Shown here in pieces: positions 22,291 to 34,740 of a stretch of DNA of 34,884 nt. The notes below the pieces were generated by a model that was not told where the DNA came from, searched no databases, and saw nothing but the letters and a program-made list of their open reading frames with translations. Source of the DNA: Octopus bimaculoides (taxonomy: Eukaryota); the NCBI RefSeq assembly GCF_001194135.2, contig NC_068984.1, positions 141,683,515 through 141,718,398 on the forward strand. The letters are read 5' to 3'. The position numbers were made by a program, and so were the translations under genes. How positions within the stretch are numbered: position 1 is the first letter of the stretch; each line of letters opens with the position of its first letter.

Positions 22291-23369
22291 CTTTCTTTCT
22301 TTCTTTCCTTCTCTCCCTACCCACCCACATACACACACTTCTCTACAGACACAAAACCACACTAACACATTTCCCGCTCTCCTCATTTTCTCCCTCCATC
22401 ACCCTTTCTCTCTCTCTCTCTCTTTCTCTCCACCACCACCCACCNNNNNNNNNNNNNNNNNNNNNNNNNNNNNNNNNNNNNNNNNNNNNNNNNNNNNNNN
22501 NNNNNNNNNNNNNNNNNNNNNNNNNNNNNNNNNNNNNNNNNNNNNNNNNNNNNNNNNNNNNNNNNNNNNNNNNNNNNNNNNNNNNNNNNNNNNNNNNNNN
22601 NNNNNNNNNNNNNNNNNNNNNNNNNNNNNNNNNNNNNNNNNNNNNNNNNNNNNNNNNNNNNNNNNNNNNNNNNNNNNNNNNNNNNNNNNNNNNNNNNNNN
22701 NNNNNNNNNNNNNNNNNNNNNNNNNNNNNNNNNNNNNNNNNNNNNNNNNNNNNNNNNNNNNNNNNNNNNNNNNNNNNNNNNNNNNNNNNNNNNNNNNNNN
22801 NNNNNNNNNNNNNNNNNNNNNNNNNNNNNNNNNNNNNNNNNNNNNNNNNNNNNNNNNNNNNNNNNNNNNNNNNNNNNNNNNNNNNNNNNNNNNNNNNNNN
22901 NNNNNNNNNNNNNNNNNNNNNNNNNNNNNNNNNNNNNNNNNNNNNNNNNNNNNNNNNNNNNNNNNNNNNNNNNNNNNNNNNNNNNNNNNNNNNNNNNNNN
23001 NNNNNNNNNNNNNNNNNNNNNNNNNNNNNNNNNNNNNNNNNNNNNNNNNNNNNNNNNNNNNNNNNNNNNNNNNNNNNNNNNNNNNNNNNNNNNNNNNNNN
23101 NNNNNNNNNNNNNNNNNNNNNNNNNNNNNNNNNNNNNNNNNNNNNNNNNNNNNNNNNTATATATATATATATTCTTGTTTCAGTCATTTGACTGCAGCCA
23201 TGCTGGAGCACCACCTTTAGTCGAACAAATTGACCCCTAGACTTTCTATTTGTAAGCCTAATAATTATTCTATTGATCTTGTTTGCTGAACTGCTAAGTT
23301 ACAGGGACATAAACGCACCAACATCAGTGTCAAGCAATGATGAGGGGACAAACATACATACTTACATAT

Positions 23370-23787
23370 AAGCACCATCCGAATGTGGCCGATGCCAGTA
23401 CCCCCTGACTGGCTCCCATGCCAGCGACACATAAAAATACCATCTGACTGGCCCCTGTGCCAGTGACATGTAAAAGCACTATTCAAACATGATCGATGCC
23501 AGGCCCGCCTGACTGGCCCCCATCCCCCGTGTTGGTGGCACGTAAAAAGCACAATCTGAATGTGGCTGATGCCAGTACCTGCTGACTGGCCCGCATGCCG
23601 GTGGCACGTAAAAGCACCCACTACACTCTCGGAGTGGTTGGTGTTAGGAAGGGCATCCAGCTGTAGAAACTCTGCCAAATCAGATTGGAGCCTGGTGCAG
23701 CCTTCTAGCTCTCCAGACCTCAGTCAAACCATCCAACCCATACCAGCATGGAAAGCAGACAGTAAACAATAATAATGATGATGATGA
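23370..23787 (+). mobile_element. RTE-like LINE 3'-end repeat with internal tandem units and (GAT)n tail. Other copies at about 4650-4790(+), 6442-6935(-), 10700-11050(-), 11955-12176(+), 16085-16400(+), 16530-16645(+), 19225-19400(-), 20005-20382(+), 23975-24110(-), 27728-28019(+), 31990-32260(+)
   Basis: Shared aaaagcacccactacactc...ggaagggcatccagctgtagaaac...ccaacccatgccagcatggaa...(gat)n with variable 5' truncation. RTE assignment is inferred from the tail type and recalled similarity. Confidence 0.75.
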
Positions 23788-24110
23788 ATGAGCTTCTTTC
23801 AGTTTCCATCTACCAAATCCACTCACAAGGCTTTGGTCGGCTTGAGGCTACAGTAGAAGACACTTGCCCAAGGTGTCATGCAGTGGGACTGAACCCAGGA
23901 TCATGTGGTTGGGAAGCAAGCCTCTTACCAGACAGCCTGTGCCTATATATCATCCTTATCATCATTTTATATCCATTGTCCATACTGGTATGGGTTGGAT
24001 TGTTTGACCAGACTGGATTGTTTGACCAGTGTGTTTTGGCATGGTTTTCTGTGGCTGGATGCCAACCACCCCAAGAATGTAATAGGTACTTTTACATGCC
24101 ACAACTGCAG

Positions 24111-24150
<40 letters not shown>

Positions 24151-25033
24151 ACTGCCCGAAATGGTCATGACTTCTGGGACTTGACTGATGAAAGAAAGCC
24201 AAAAATGACAATAGAACATGTAATGGAATGTTATTACAAAAGCGAACCTACCAAAATAGAACACTGGAAAAGAATAATAATAATAATGGTCTCAAATTTT
24301 GTCAAAAGACTAGGGCTTAAGTCGATTACATCGACCCCAGTGCTCAACTGGTACTTATTTTATCAACCCTGAAAGGAAGAATGACAAAATCAACCTCAGT
24401 GGAATTTGAACTCAGCACGCAAGGATGGACAAAGTGCTACATGGCATTTAGCCTGGCGCAGAAATGATTCTGCTAGCTCGTCACCTTAATAATAATAATA
24501 ATATTGGCATAGGGCCACTGTTTGGGAAGAAGCATAATAACAGATTTCATCGACCCCAGAATTCGATCGGAGATTTAGTTTATTGACCTCAAAATAACGA
24601 ATGACAAATGGTGGCCTGAAAGGGATTTGAACTCAGAACGCAAAAGGATGTAACTAAACACTCCAAAAATGCTTTGTCCAGTTCTGCTAATAACTAAAAA
24701 CAACAACAAGAACAACCATCAAAAAAAATCAATTAATAAACAAGAAAACCACAATGATATGAAGAAAATTAATTCATATAAAAAATGCCGTTAATTGGTG
24801 AGAAGAAAAGCAGCTGGTGCTTGTCAATTAGCGATCATTTATTAATTATGACTGTTTAGTCAGCCAACAGATCAGGTGTTAAATAGCAGTAAGAACCGGT
24901 TTATTAATAAAGTAGTCAGAGCTCTAAGTAATTTGCTAGGTTTTAAGCCTCAAGGGAAATACAACGGCTCACCTTTATTCACTAATAAACATAACTGATT
25001 GGTTGCAGGAAAACATTATTATTATTATCATTA

Positions 25034-25101
<68 letters not shown>

Positions 25102-25309
25102 TTTAAGGCAGTGAGCTAGCAGAGTTGTTAGAGTGCTGGACGAAATGTCTTGAGGTATTCTGCCCGTCACTATGCTCTGAATTCCGCCGAGGTCGACTTT
25201 GCCTTTCATCCTTTCGGGGTTGATAAATTAAGTACCAGTTACGCACAGGGGTTGATGTAATCGACTTAATCTCCTCCCCCAAGCTGCCCTTGTGGCAAAA
25301 ATTTGCACG

Positions 25310-25564
25310 AACCACATGGTTCCGGGTTCAGTCCCACTGCGTGGCACCTTGGGCAAGTGTATTCTACTATAGCCTCGGGCCGACCAAAGCCTTGTGAGTG
25401 GATTTGGTAGACGGAAACTGAAAGAAGCCTGTCATATATATGTATATATATATGTATGTATGTATGTATGTGTGTGTGTATATGTTTGTGTGTCTGTGTT
25501 TGTCCCCCCAACATCGCTTGACAACCGATGCTGGTGTGTTTATGTCCCCGTAACTTAGCAGTTC
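25310..25564 (+). mobile_element. Family-A SINE, truncated at both ends
   Basis: From aaccacatggttccggg to ttagcagttc. Confidence 0.85.
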
Positions 25565-25950
25565 CTTCACTTGTTTCAGTCATTTGACTGTGACCATGCT
25601 GGAGCTCTGACTTAAAGAGTTTTAGTCGAACAAATCAGACCCAGGGTTTGTTTATTTATTCTTTTAAGCTTAGTACTTATTCTAGTGGTCTCTTTTGCCA
25701 AATAGCTGAGTTACAGGAAATGTAAGCACATCACTACTGGTTGTCCAGTAGTGATGAGAGGACAAACACAGACACACATGCATAGACACACACACACAAA
25801 CACGTATATATGACAGGCTTCTTTCAGTTTCCGTCTAACAAATCCACTCACAAGGCTTTGGTCAGCTCAAGGCTATAGGTGCAATGCAGTGGGAATGAAC
25901 CCAGAACCATGTGTTTGAGAAGCAAGCTTCTTACCACATGGCCACACCTG
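25565..25950 (-). mobile_element. Family-A SINE, diverged, abutting the previous copy tail-to-tail
   Basis: cttgtttcagtcatttgactg ... ttcttaccacatggccacacctg, with an internal deletion near 25875. Confidence 0.85.
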
Positions 25951-25964
25951 GGACTTTCTAAAGC

Positions 25965-26043
25965 ATTGGATATTTATTGGGGTCCAGTAGAGTAAAACAG
26001 GAATCAAAGGGGTCAAAAAGCAAAAAATGATTAAGAACCCCTG
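25965..26043. mobile_element. hAT/Charlie-type terminus (solo)
   Basis: Ends ttaagaacccctg (close to reverse complement of CAGGGGTTCTCAA) followed by atctaacc. Confidence 0.45.
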
Positions 26044-26306
26044 ATCTAACCCTTGCAGCTGTCATTGAATAATGACCAGATTGGTGTTGCAATATGGCAG
26101 TGGACAGGTGCTGGGTAGACAGTTGCTGGGTGAGGGAGCTGGGTGGACACTTGCTGAGTTTACTTTTAGAATGACATTGTAGGGTATGTTAAAGAGGATG
26201 GATCTGGATGGTTTGAACATAAAACAGGTAAAATATATTGGGTTGGATATGATCAGTTTAAATGCTAAAAGGTAAAGACAGAATTCACCACACCAATCAC
26301 CACCAT

Positions 26307-26337
<31 letters not shown>

Positions 26338-26689
26338 AGGACCATTGTCGTCATGTTTTTCAAGTTGCATGCAAACTTCTCCTGCACCATCTGTTGCACT
26401 TCTGTATTCTCATGGTGAGTGCAGCATTGTCTTTCAGGAGTATACAATCATATCTCTATACACTAGAAGCTGTTTTACTTCGTTTTCAGATTTTGTTTTT
26501 GTGTGTTATTTTTCTTTTTTTTTCTTTGCTTACTACAAAGAGGCCCACCTGCAACTACAAGGGGGCCCACCCGCAACTACAATGCTATCATTTAATTGTT
26601 TTTTTTGTTTTGTTAAAAGTATTCTTTTCAACTGTCTACTAACACAGCCAGGCTGAAATAATTAAAACATTCTTCCAGGAGTGAATAAA

Positions 26690-26800
26690 ATATTCTCAAA
26701 CTTGAAGGGATGGGCCCCTTAGATACTACCAAGGGCCCCCATATATGGATTCTAATGGCGCAGAGGCCCACTTGCTGGCAACCTGGCCAGTCCACCACTG
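26690..26800. mobile_element. hAT-type terminus (solo)
   Basis: Ends ccagtccaccactg (reverse complement CAGTGGTGGACTGG) with GGGCCC-rich subterminal motifs; partner end not identified. Confidence 0.45.
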
Positions 26801-28566
26801 GTTGCAATGTTAAGTTGTGATTGGGGGGTAGGGTACATCATACGTGGGTTGTCATTGTTGTTGTTGTTGTTGTTGTCTAACCTTAGACCTCTAACCCAGC
26901 AGATCTATGGCCATAGAGATTCCAACCCTGATTGTCCCTTCTTTTATGTATGTGAAGGGAGCTGTGGGCCACCTTTTCCATCATGTTCCCCCCCCCCTTA
27001 AATTCTTTTAATACCCACACCAACTAAAATCACCCCTGTTGCCATGATACAGAATCCACATTTTAAAATGCCTGACTATAATTTCAAATAAGAAACACAA
27101 ATCATAAAATTAATTAAGACAAAGTCAATCATGTGTACTTTATCTCCTCAAATTCTTAATAATTTTAAAAACTAAAACACAGAAATATAGTGATGAATGA
27201 GTTAAGACAGTGGGGTATGATTTGAGGGAGATTTGGTTGCTATTTCTAGCAAATTGAGCAACCATATACAAACTCTATCAACCCCTATTGTGTATGTTGT
27301 AGGTGAGAGCATGTAAGGTATGTTATTGACTATGTGGGTAGTTGGGGAGTGGCTACCATGTGACATTGCACCTACAAAAGAAATTGTTAAGATTAACTAT
27401 TATATTTTAAACAATGTCAATTTTCACCGCACTTCTATACTTCTTCAGGTGTGTACAGCATTGTCCTTGTGGGAACTGTGAGGTGGTGGTGGTAGTGTTT
27501 CTAGGTTTAAACTTGTTTTGTTGTTTTTTTTTTCATTTCGTGTGTTTGTTTTGTAAGTTACTGTTCAATGATACCAGTGGTGGGCAGAGAGGCACAGAAG
27601 GGTCAAGATAAACCCTACTAATATGGAAGGGACATTAGCTAGGCCCGTCTGAGACCCACTCAAGGAAACAAAACGTTTCTGCAAGAACTCATACAGTGTC
27701 CAAGAATTATTCATTTGTGGAGTTATGGAGTAAAGATGGTCGTTGCCAGTGTCGCCGGACTGGCTCCCATGCAGGTGGCACATAAAAAACACCTTTTGAG
27801 CGTAGTCTTTGCCAGTATCACCCGACTGGCCCTCGTGTCGGTGGCACATAAAAGCACCTACTACACTCTCAGAGTGGTTGGCGTTAGGAAGGGCATCCTG
27901 CTGTAGAAACATTGCCAGATCAGAATGGAGCCTGGTGCAGCCTCCTGGCTTCCCAGACCCCAGTCGAGCCATCTAACCCATGCCAGCAAGGAAAATTGAC
28001 GTTAAACGATGATGATGATNNNNNNNNNNGTGTGTAGTCTGCCTTGTTCTTTGGTACTTTATTCTCCGAGACCACCATTTCCTCTACCAAACTCAACTTA
28101 GAACAAAACTACTACAGAACATCCGTTCTCTGAAGAATATCATATTGCTACTGCTGCTGCTGCTACTACTACTAATACTTCTACTTCTATTACTGCTGCT
28201 GCTGCTGCTACTACTACTGTTAGCATTGCTTTGGTGCTACTGTAGTTGTTGACAGTCTGTATGAAGACATAGCAGGCCTTTGAAAATGGTGGAAGATAGA
28301 ACAGAAATATACACAGCAACACACCGCCAACAAAAACAGCAGCGACAACAACAACAACATTAATAATAATCCATTACACTAGAGGTACAAGGCCTCAGAT
28401 TCTGAGGTGGGAGGGTGCTGGTCATTTACATCAACCCCAGTACCTCACTGGTACTTATTTAATCAACCCAAAAGGATGAAAGGCAAAGTTAATTTCAACA
28501 CAATTTAAACTCAGAATGTAAAAACGGACGAAATGCCACTAAGCATTCTGCTAGCTCACCACCTTA

Positions 28567-28622
<56 letters not shown>

Positions 28623-28792
28623 GGTGGTGATGATTTCTTATATCTGCCACCAGGGCAAACGATCAGGGGAACAATACAAAGGCAGACATAAAGTGTTGGG
28701 AGTTTATATAAGATGAAATGATTAAAAAATTTAGAAAGTATATATGGCATACAATAAAACAAAACAAAAAAATGTATACATAGTATGAACCA

Positions 28793-28955
28793 GGCGCAGG
28801 AGTGGCTGTGTGGTAAGTAGCTTGCTTACCAACCACATGGTTGTGGGTTCAGTCCCATTGTGTGGCACCTTGGGCAAGTGTCTTCCATTATAGCCTCGGG
28901 CTGACCAAAGCCTTATGAGTGGATTTGGTAAACGGAAACTGAAAGAGGCCCATTG

Positions 28956-28995
<40 letters not shown>

Positions 28996-29165
28996 GGTAG
29001 TGGATAGCTGGTGTGTTTACGTCCCGTAACTTAGCGGTTCGGCAAAAGAGACCGATAGAATAAGTACTAGGCTTACAAAGAATAAGTCCTGGGGTCGATC
29101 TGCTCGACTAAAGGCGGTGCCCCAGCATGGCCGTAGTCAAATGACTGAAACAAGTAAAAGAGTAA
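28793..29165 (+). mobile_element. Family-A SINE, near full-length (deletion after the microsatellite)
   Basis: Same head and tail as 15289-15692. Confidence 0.9.
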
Positions 29166-29450
29166 CAGTAAATGGAAAGAAGAAGGGAAAAAGAAAGCGC
29201 AGATGTAGCTGTGTGATAAGTAGCTTGCTTACCAATCACATGGTTCTAGGTTCAGTCCCTCAGCGTGGCACCTTGGGCAAGTGTCTTCTACTATAGCCTC
29301 GGGCCGACCAAAGCCTTGTGAGTGGATTTGGTAGACAGAAACTGAAAGAAGCCTGTTGTATATATATGTGCTTTTTACGTGCCACCAGCATATCCATACG
29401 TATATATATATATATTTATATATATATATGTGTGTGTGTATGTGTGTGTG

Positions 29451-29523
<73 letters not shown>

Positions 29524-30244
29524 TTAGAGAAAAGAACCAAGGTTCATAAATGGAAAGAAGAAGGGAAAAAAAGGTGCAGACGTGGCTGTGTGATAAATTG
29601 AATTTAATTGAGTTTTTACCTGTAAATTTGGATTTTTATCCCTAATATTATTATTATTATTATATATATTTATATATATACGTAAAGAGAGATGGGGAAG
29701 GATGGGGAGGAAACGAGATGTTATACACTGAAACATAAATAACATGTAAGATAGATGAAACCCTAAAATATAATCCGTACATACACGTATGATACGCTTC
29801 TATGACATCAAGCGATGTTGACATTGTCAACATCTTTCCTAATAATGGTACTACAAACCCATTGTTTACATCCACTGAAGTAACCACATGACTAAACCAA
29901 AACACCATTGGTCAAATAATTGGTTCTAATAATAAAGCTTGGAATTAGCAGAAAGGAAAATAATCTGTTATGTGAACTCTAGTAGTTACCTGTGATTTCA
30001 TTTTATTGACCCCAAAAGCATAAAATGTCAATTTGACCAAAGGTGAATTTGAACATGGAATATAAAGACAGAGAGATTTTTTTGCAACGCTGTACCAATT
30101 CCACCAGTCCACTGCCACCTGGTTGTTACTGGAATAATTAGGAAGTTGGATCTCTTTCAAGTCCAATATACTTTTTGGATTTTTTTGAAATTTACATCAA
30201 AGCCAATTGAAAATATGATTCTTTCACCATTTTTCAGTGATAAG

Positions 30245-30710
30245 AATCACACATACATACATACATATAAACACCATACATACATATGTTCATACATATA
30301 TAAATAGATACATAGATACATACACACACAGATACATACATACATACATACAAACAAACACCATATATATATGTATGTTCATACATATATACATAGACAC
30401 ATACATACTACAGGCTTTCATTCATATGTACTGGTACCCATACATGCATACATATGTTAATACATGCAACATACATACGTTCATTCATACATACATACAT
30501 GTTCACACATGCATTCATACATACATACATACATGCACACACACATACATACATTCATACATATATGCACACACACACATACATAAATACATACATATGC
30601 ATACACACATACATTCATTCATACATACACACATACATACATTCATACACACACACACATATATATGTATGCATGTGTGTGTGTGTGTGTGTGTGTGTAG
30701 TACATATATG
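30245..30710. repeat. Degenerate (TACA)n/(CA)n field ending in (TG)n
   Basis: Directly visible. Confidence 0.9.
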
Positions 30711-30874
30711 CAAACACCGACTGCACATGAACTGCACTCTGTATTCATAAGTTTGGATTTGCACCAAGATGCATTTTGTTTTTTTTTTGTAAAACGAAGA
30801 ACCTCCTAATTAAAGAATTTTGTTCTTCAGACACATTTACTGATTAACAGATAATGCTGCGTGTATGTGCGTGC

Positions 30875-30915
<41 letters not shown>

Positions 30916-31030
30916 CATACGTGCATGTACATGCAGACACAACTCACCTGTGCTTATATTATAAGAATACGGTAATCTCTCAAATATTGCAGGTGTTATT
31001 TTTTTTTAATTATTTTTATAATTTGTATGT

Positions 31031-31423
31031 CTCTTTTACCCTTTTATTTGTTGCGGTCATTCGACCGCGGCCATGCTGGAGCACCGACTTTTAGTCGAAA
31101 TAATCGACCCCAGGACTTATTCTTTGTAAGCCTAGTACTTATTCTATCGGTCGCTTTTGCTGAACCGCTAAGTTACAGCGACGTAAACACACCAGCATCA
31201 GTTGTCAAGCGATGCTGGTGGGGAGACAAACACAGACACACAAACACACACACATATATACGATGGGCTTTTTTCAGTTTCCATCTACCAGATACACTTA
31301 CAAGCCTTTGGTCGGCCTGAGGCTATAGTAGAAGACACTTGCCCAAGGTACCACGCAGTGGCACTGAACCCGGAACCATGTAGTTGGTAAACAAGCTACT
31401 TACCACACAGCCACTCCTGCACC
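31031..31423 (-). mobile_element. Family-A SINE, full-length
   Basis: Reverse complement of the 15289-15692 element. Confidence 0.9.
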
Positions 31424-31484
31424 TAATGTCTATAATCCTTTCAACTTCCAAGAGAAGTGAGGTCAATGGGATTGTTATCTTTAT

Positions 31485-31670
31485 CGTTTAACCCTAGACC
31501 AGATGCAGTAGACCTACGATCACAGGGGCTCCGTCAATGACCATCCTGTCTGTTTTTTATATAACTACAACATAATTCTTGCTTCCTTTTTTTAAAAAGT
31601 GTAGTGTGTGACTTGAGAGAGATACTGATAACTATTTCTAGCAGGTTGAGCAACCACATAGAGGCTCCTA
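31485..31670 (+). repeat. Old dispersed repeat family; fragments also near 4335-4395, 8243-8420, 8860-8990, 11483-11560, 26870-26945, 27228-27280
   Basis: Recurrent motifs tttaaccc...gacctacgatca and tgagggagatttgg...tatttctagca...gagcaaccac. Confidence 0.55.
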
Positions 31671-32260
31671 ATGTTTTGGCTGGTGTTTAAATTAAAATTC
31701 TGTAAATAGATGTTTGAAGAAAACATAGAGCAGCCATTAATATAGTGCTGAAGACTGGAACTGAGAATGGCAGAAACACGGAAAAATCGATTTTATATGG
31801 CATGGTTTGCTTTGAAAAATGGTGTGAAATGATTTTAAATGGAAGTCTGTCCCTGAAGACTATTTCAAAATACAAAGGAGAAAAACAAGATCTAAAGAAA
31901 TAGAAAATGTTTTAGAGAGGAATGTAAAGCAACAGTGATACATATACACACCTATAAACTAAAGAATGCATGCATACATATACACACATACACATATACA
32001 CACACCTGTGCTGGCGCCACATAAAAATCACCTGTGCTGGTACCACGTACAACGGTCCTGTGCTGGTGTCAAGTGAAAAGCACTTGTGCCAGTGCCACGT
32101 GTGAAAGCACTCATGTTGGTGCCATATGAACAGCATCTGTGGCGGCATCATGGAAAAATGCACCTGCACTGGTGCTACATGAAAAGCACCCATACCTGTG
32201 CTCTTCATATGTTAAGGGCACCTGTGCTGGCACCATGCAAAAAACAACCACTACACTCTG

Positions 32261-32610
32261 GGACTTATTCTTTGTCAGCCTAGTACTTATTCTATAGGTC
32301 TCTTTTTGCCAAACCGCTAAGTCACAGGGACGTAAGCACACCAGCATTGGTTGTCAAGCGATATTGTGGGGACAAATACAGAGACACAAACACAGAGATA
32401 CAAACATATACACACACATTCATATATACATATATATATATATACATATATACGACGGGCTTCTTTCAGTTTCCGTCTACCAAATCCACTCACAAGACTT
32501 TGGTCGGCCTGAGGCTATAGTAGAAGACACTTGCCCAAGGTGCCACACAGTGGGACTGAACCCGGAACCATGTGGTTGGTAAGCAAGCTATTTACCACAC
32601 AGCCACTCCT
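32261..32610 (-). mobile_element. Family-A SINE, 3'-truncated
   Basis: ggacttattctttg ... cacacagccactcct. Confidence 0.85.
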
Positions 32611-32659
32611 AATACTTTTTTACACTATAATAATGTAGTAACAATTAAACATATAACAA

Positions 32660-33388
32660 AGCTGGGTAATAACGAAGTAACAATCCAACGAACTCTCCAC
32701 GAACTATACACAAACCAGCAAACAGTATTCCGTCAAACTACCAAAACGACATCGTATGACTTCCTGTCATTAATGCCCACTTTGACTCACTGTCTCACTC
32801 AGAGCACTGTTATTTATAGTCGTTCGGTCAATCTATTCTCATTGGGGGTTGTCGTGACTCTCACCACAACATTAACCATGGTGACACTGTCAATGGAAAA
32901 GGTTAATAACTTTTGGAGCAGCAGAAAGGTCCTGACCAAGGGAAAAACAAGATCAGTGAATGTGCTCATTTGGGCAAATAGGCATTTGTAGTTGCAAAGC
33001 ATGGACCCGGGACAAATTTGATGAGAACAATCAATGCGTTTGAAATGTGGGTTTATAGGAAAATGTTAAGAGTCTCTTACAACAGTCATCGGATAAATGA
33101 ATGGGCGTAACAACAAGTATGTGGAAAAGGACATCTCTTGAACATTATGAAAGCATAAAAGCTCATCTGTTCTGGCCATATTTGAAGGAGCAGAAGTTTG
33201 GGAAACATTTATCATAAAAGGAAGAGTAGAGGGCCGGAGATGAAGAGGCAGGCAAAAACAATGGATGGACATCAAGAGCTGATTGGACAAGAACAACAAA
33301 GCAACTGGAGAATTTGTGCTTAATCGGAAAAACTTTTGTTGCAGTGTTAACAATGCGATTTAGCCATATGGTACATGATGACGATGAC
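32660..33388 (+). mobile_element. Decayed RTE LINE (BovB-like), RT to C-terminus
   Basis: Frame fragments LGNNEVTIQRTLHELYTNQQTVFR; FWSSRKVLTKGKTRSVNVLIW; LMRTINAFEMWVYRKMLRVSY; IIKGRVEGRR*RGRQKQWMD resemble RTE/BovB AFELWCWRRLLRV and GKIEGRRRRGRQRMRWLD. Stops and frameshifts present; ends in a (GAT/GAC)n tail. Confidence 0.8.
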
Positions 33389-33755
33389 GAATATATATAT
33401 ATTCTTTTATTCTTTGACTTGTTTCAGTCATGTCTTTTTTGCCAAATTACTAAGTTATGGGGACGTAAACACACCAGCATCGGTTGTCAAGCAATGGTGG
33501 GGGGACAAACACTGACACACAAACACATATATATATATATCTTCGAAACATCGGGTTACAATAGAGGCAGCTGATGAAGGAATATTCCAAGGGGCTTTCC
33601 GTTTTCCTATGTGTTCGTTCCGTTGTCTGTAGTTCATTGTTCTAACGTCCTGTACCCTGATATGCATATATATACACATGTAGATGTAAGTATGTACATA
33701 TATGTGTGTATACATGCATATATATTCTTTGTATTATGTATATATATATATATAC

Positions 33756-33818
<63 letters not shown>

Positions 33819-34169
33819 ACAGGCTTCTTATGATATTTGGAACTTACATTCAATGCATAAGGGCGAGTATAATGCAATATGTTAGGTTGACCCCTAACGT
33901 TATGTTAAAAGCTACCTGCCCAACATTGAACCTGAGACCTGAAGGTTGTGAAGGAAACCTCTCAGCCCCTTTGCTCTGCGTATGCCCTATATTTAAGCAT
34001 TAGATGACACCCACACTCACACCATGTATCTGTGTCTTGGGCTGATGTGGAGTGGCAGGAAGTGGAAACTTGAGTCTAAGTGTTCACTTAATGAGTGCCA
34101 CTTAGGCAGGAGGAGAGCTTCCCTCATTAACACCACAACAGCTAAACTTGGCTTCAAACACCCTTATCG

Positions 34170-34544
34170 TCATCATCCCCCACCCATGCCCTCCCCGCCT
34201 CATCATCCTTATTGTCATCATTATGAACATCATCAGTTAGCGAAACCGTTGTCTCCATCGTCATCAATCGTCATCAATCACCATCAATCATCATTGTAAA
34301 CAACATTCTTATTATAAATATCATCACCATGACGATCATCATCATTACCATAATCAATGACGTCATCATCATCATCGTTGTCTTCATCATAGTCAACCCC
34401 CCCCAATCATCACCACCGTCACCCTCTTATATTTTTCATTGCCATCATCATCGTCATCATCATCAACATCATCAATGCCATCCTAATTATTGTCTTCCGT
34501 TATGGCATGGCATCATCACCACTACCACCATCATCTTCATCACC

Positions 34545-34575
<31 letters not shown>

Positions 34576-34708
34576 TCATAAATCAACAGCAGGAGCAGGA
34601 GCAGCAACAAGAACAACAACAACAACCACAACAACAACAACAACAACAACAACAACAGAAGTAAAAGAAAATACATTTACTGCCAACACAGCATCCATCA
34701 TTATCAAC

Positions 34709-34740
<32 letters not shown>

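Noticed and set aside
26080-27520. Plus-strand splice-like signals suggesting an antisense spliced transcript
   Set aside because: Scattered GT/AG matches with no consistent exon chain or coding signal; expected by chance.
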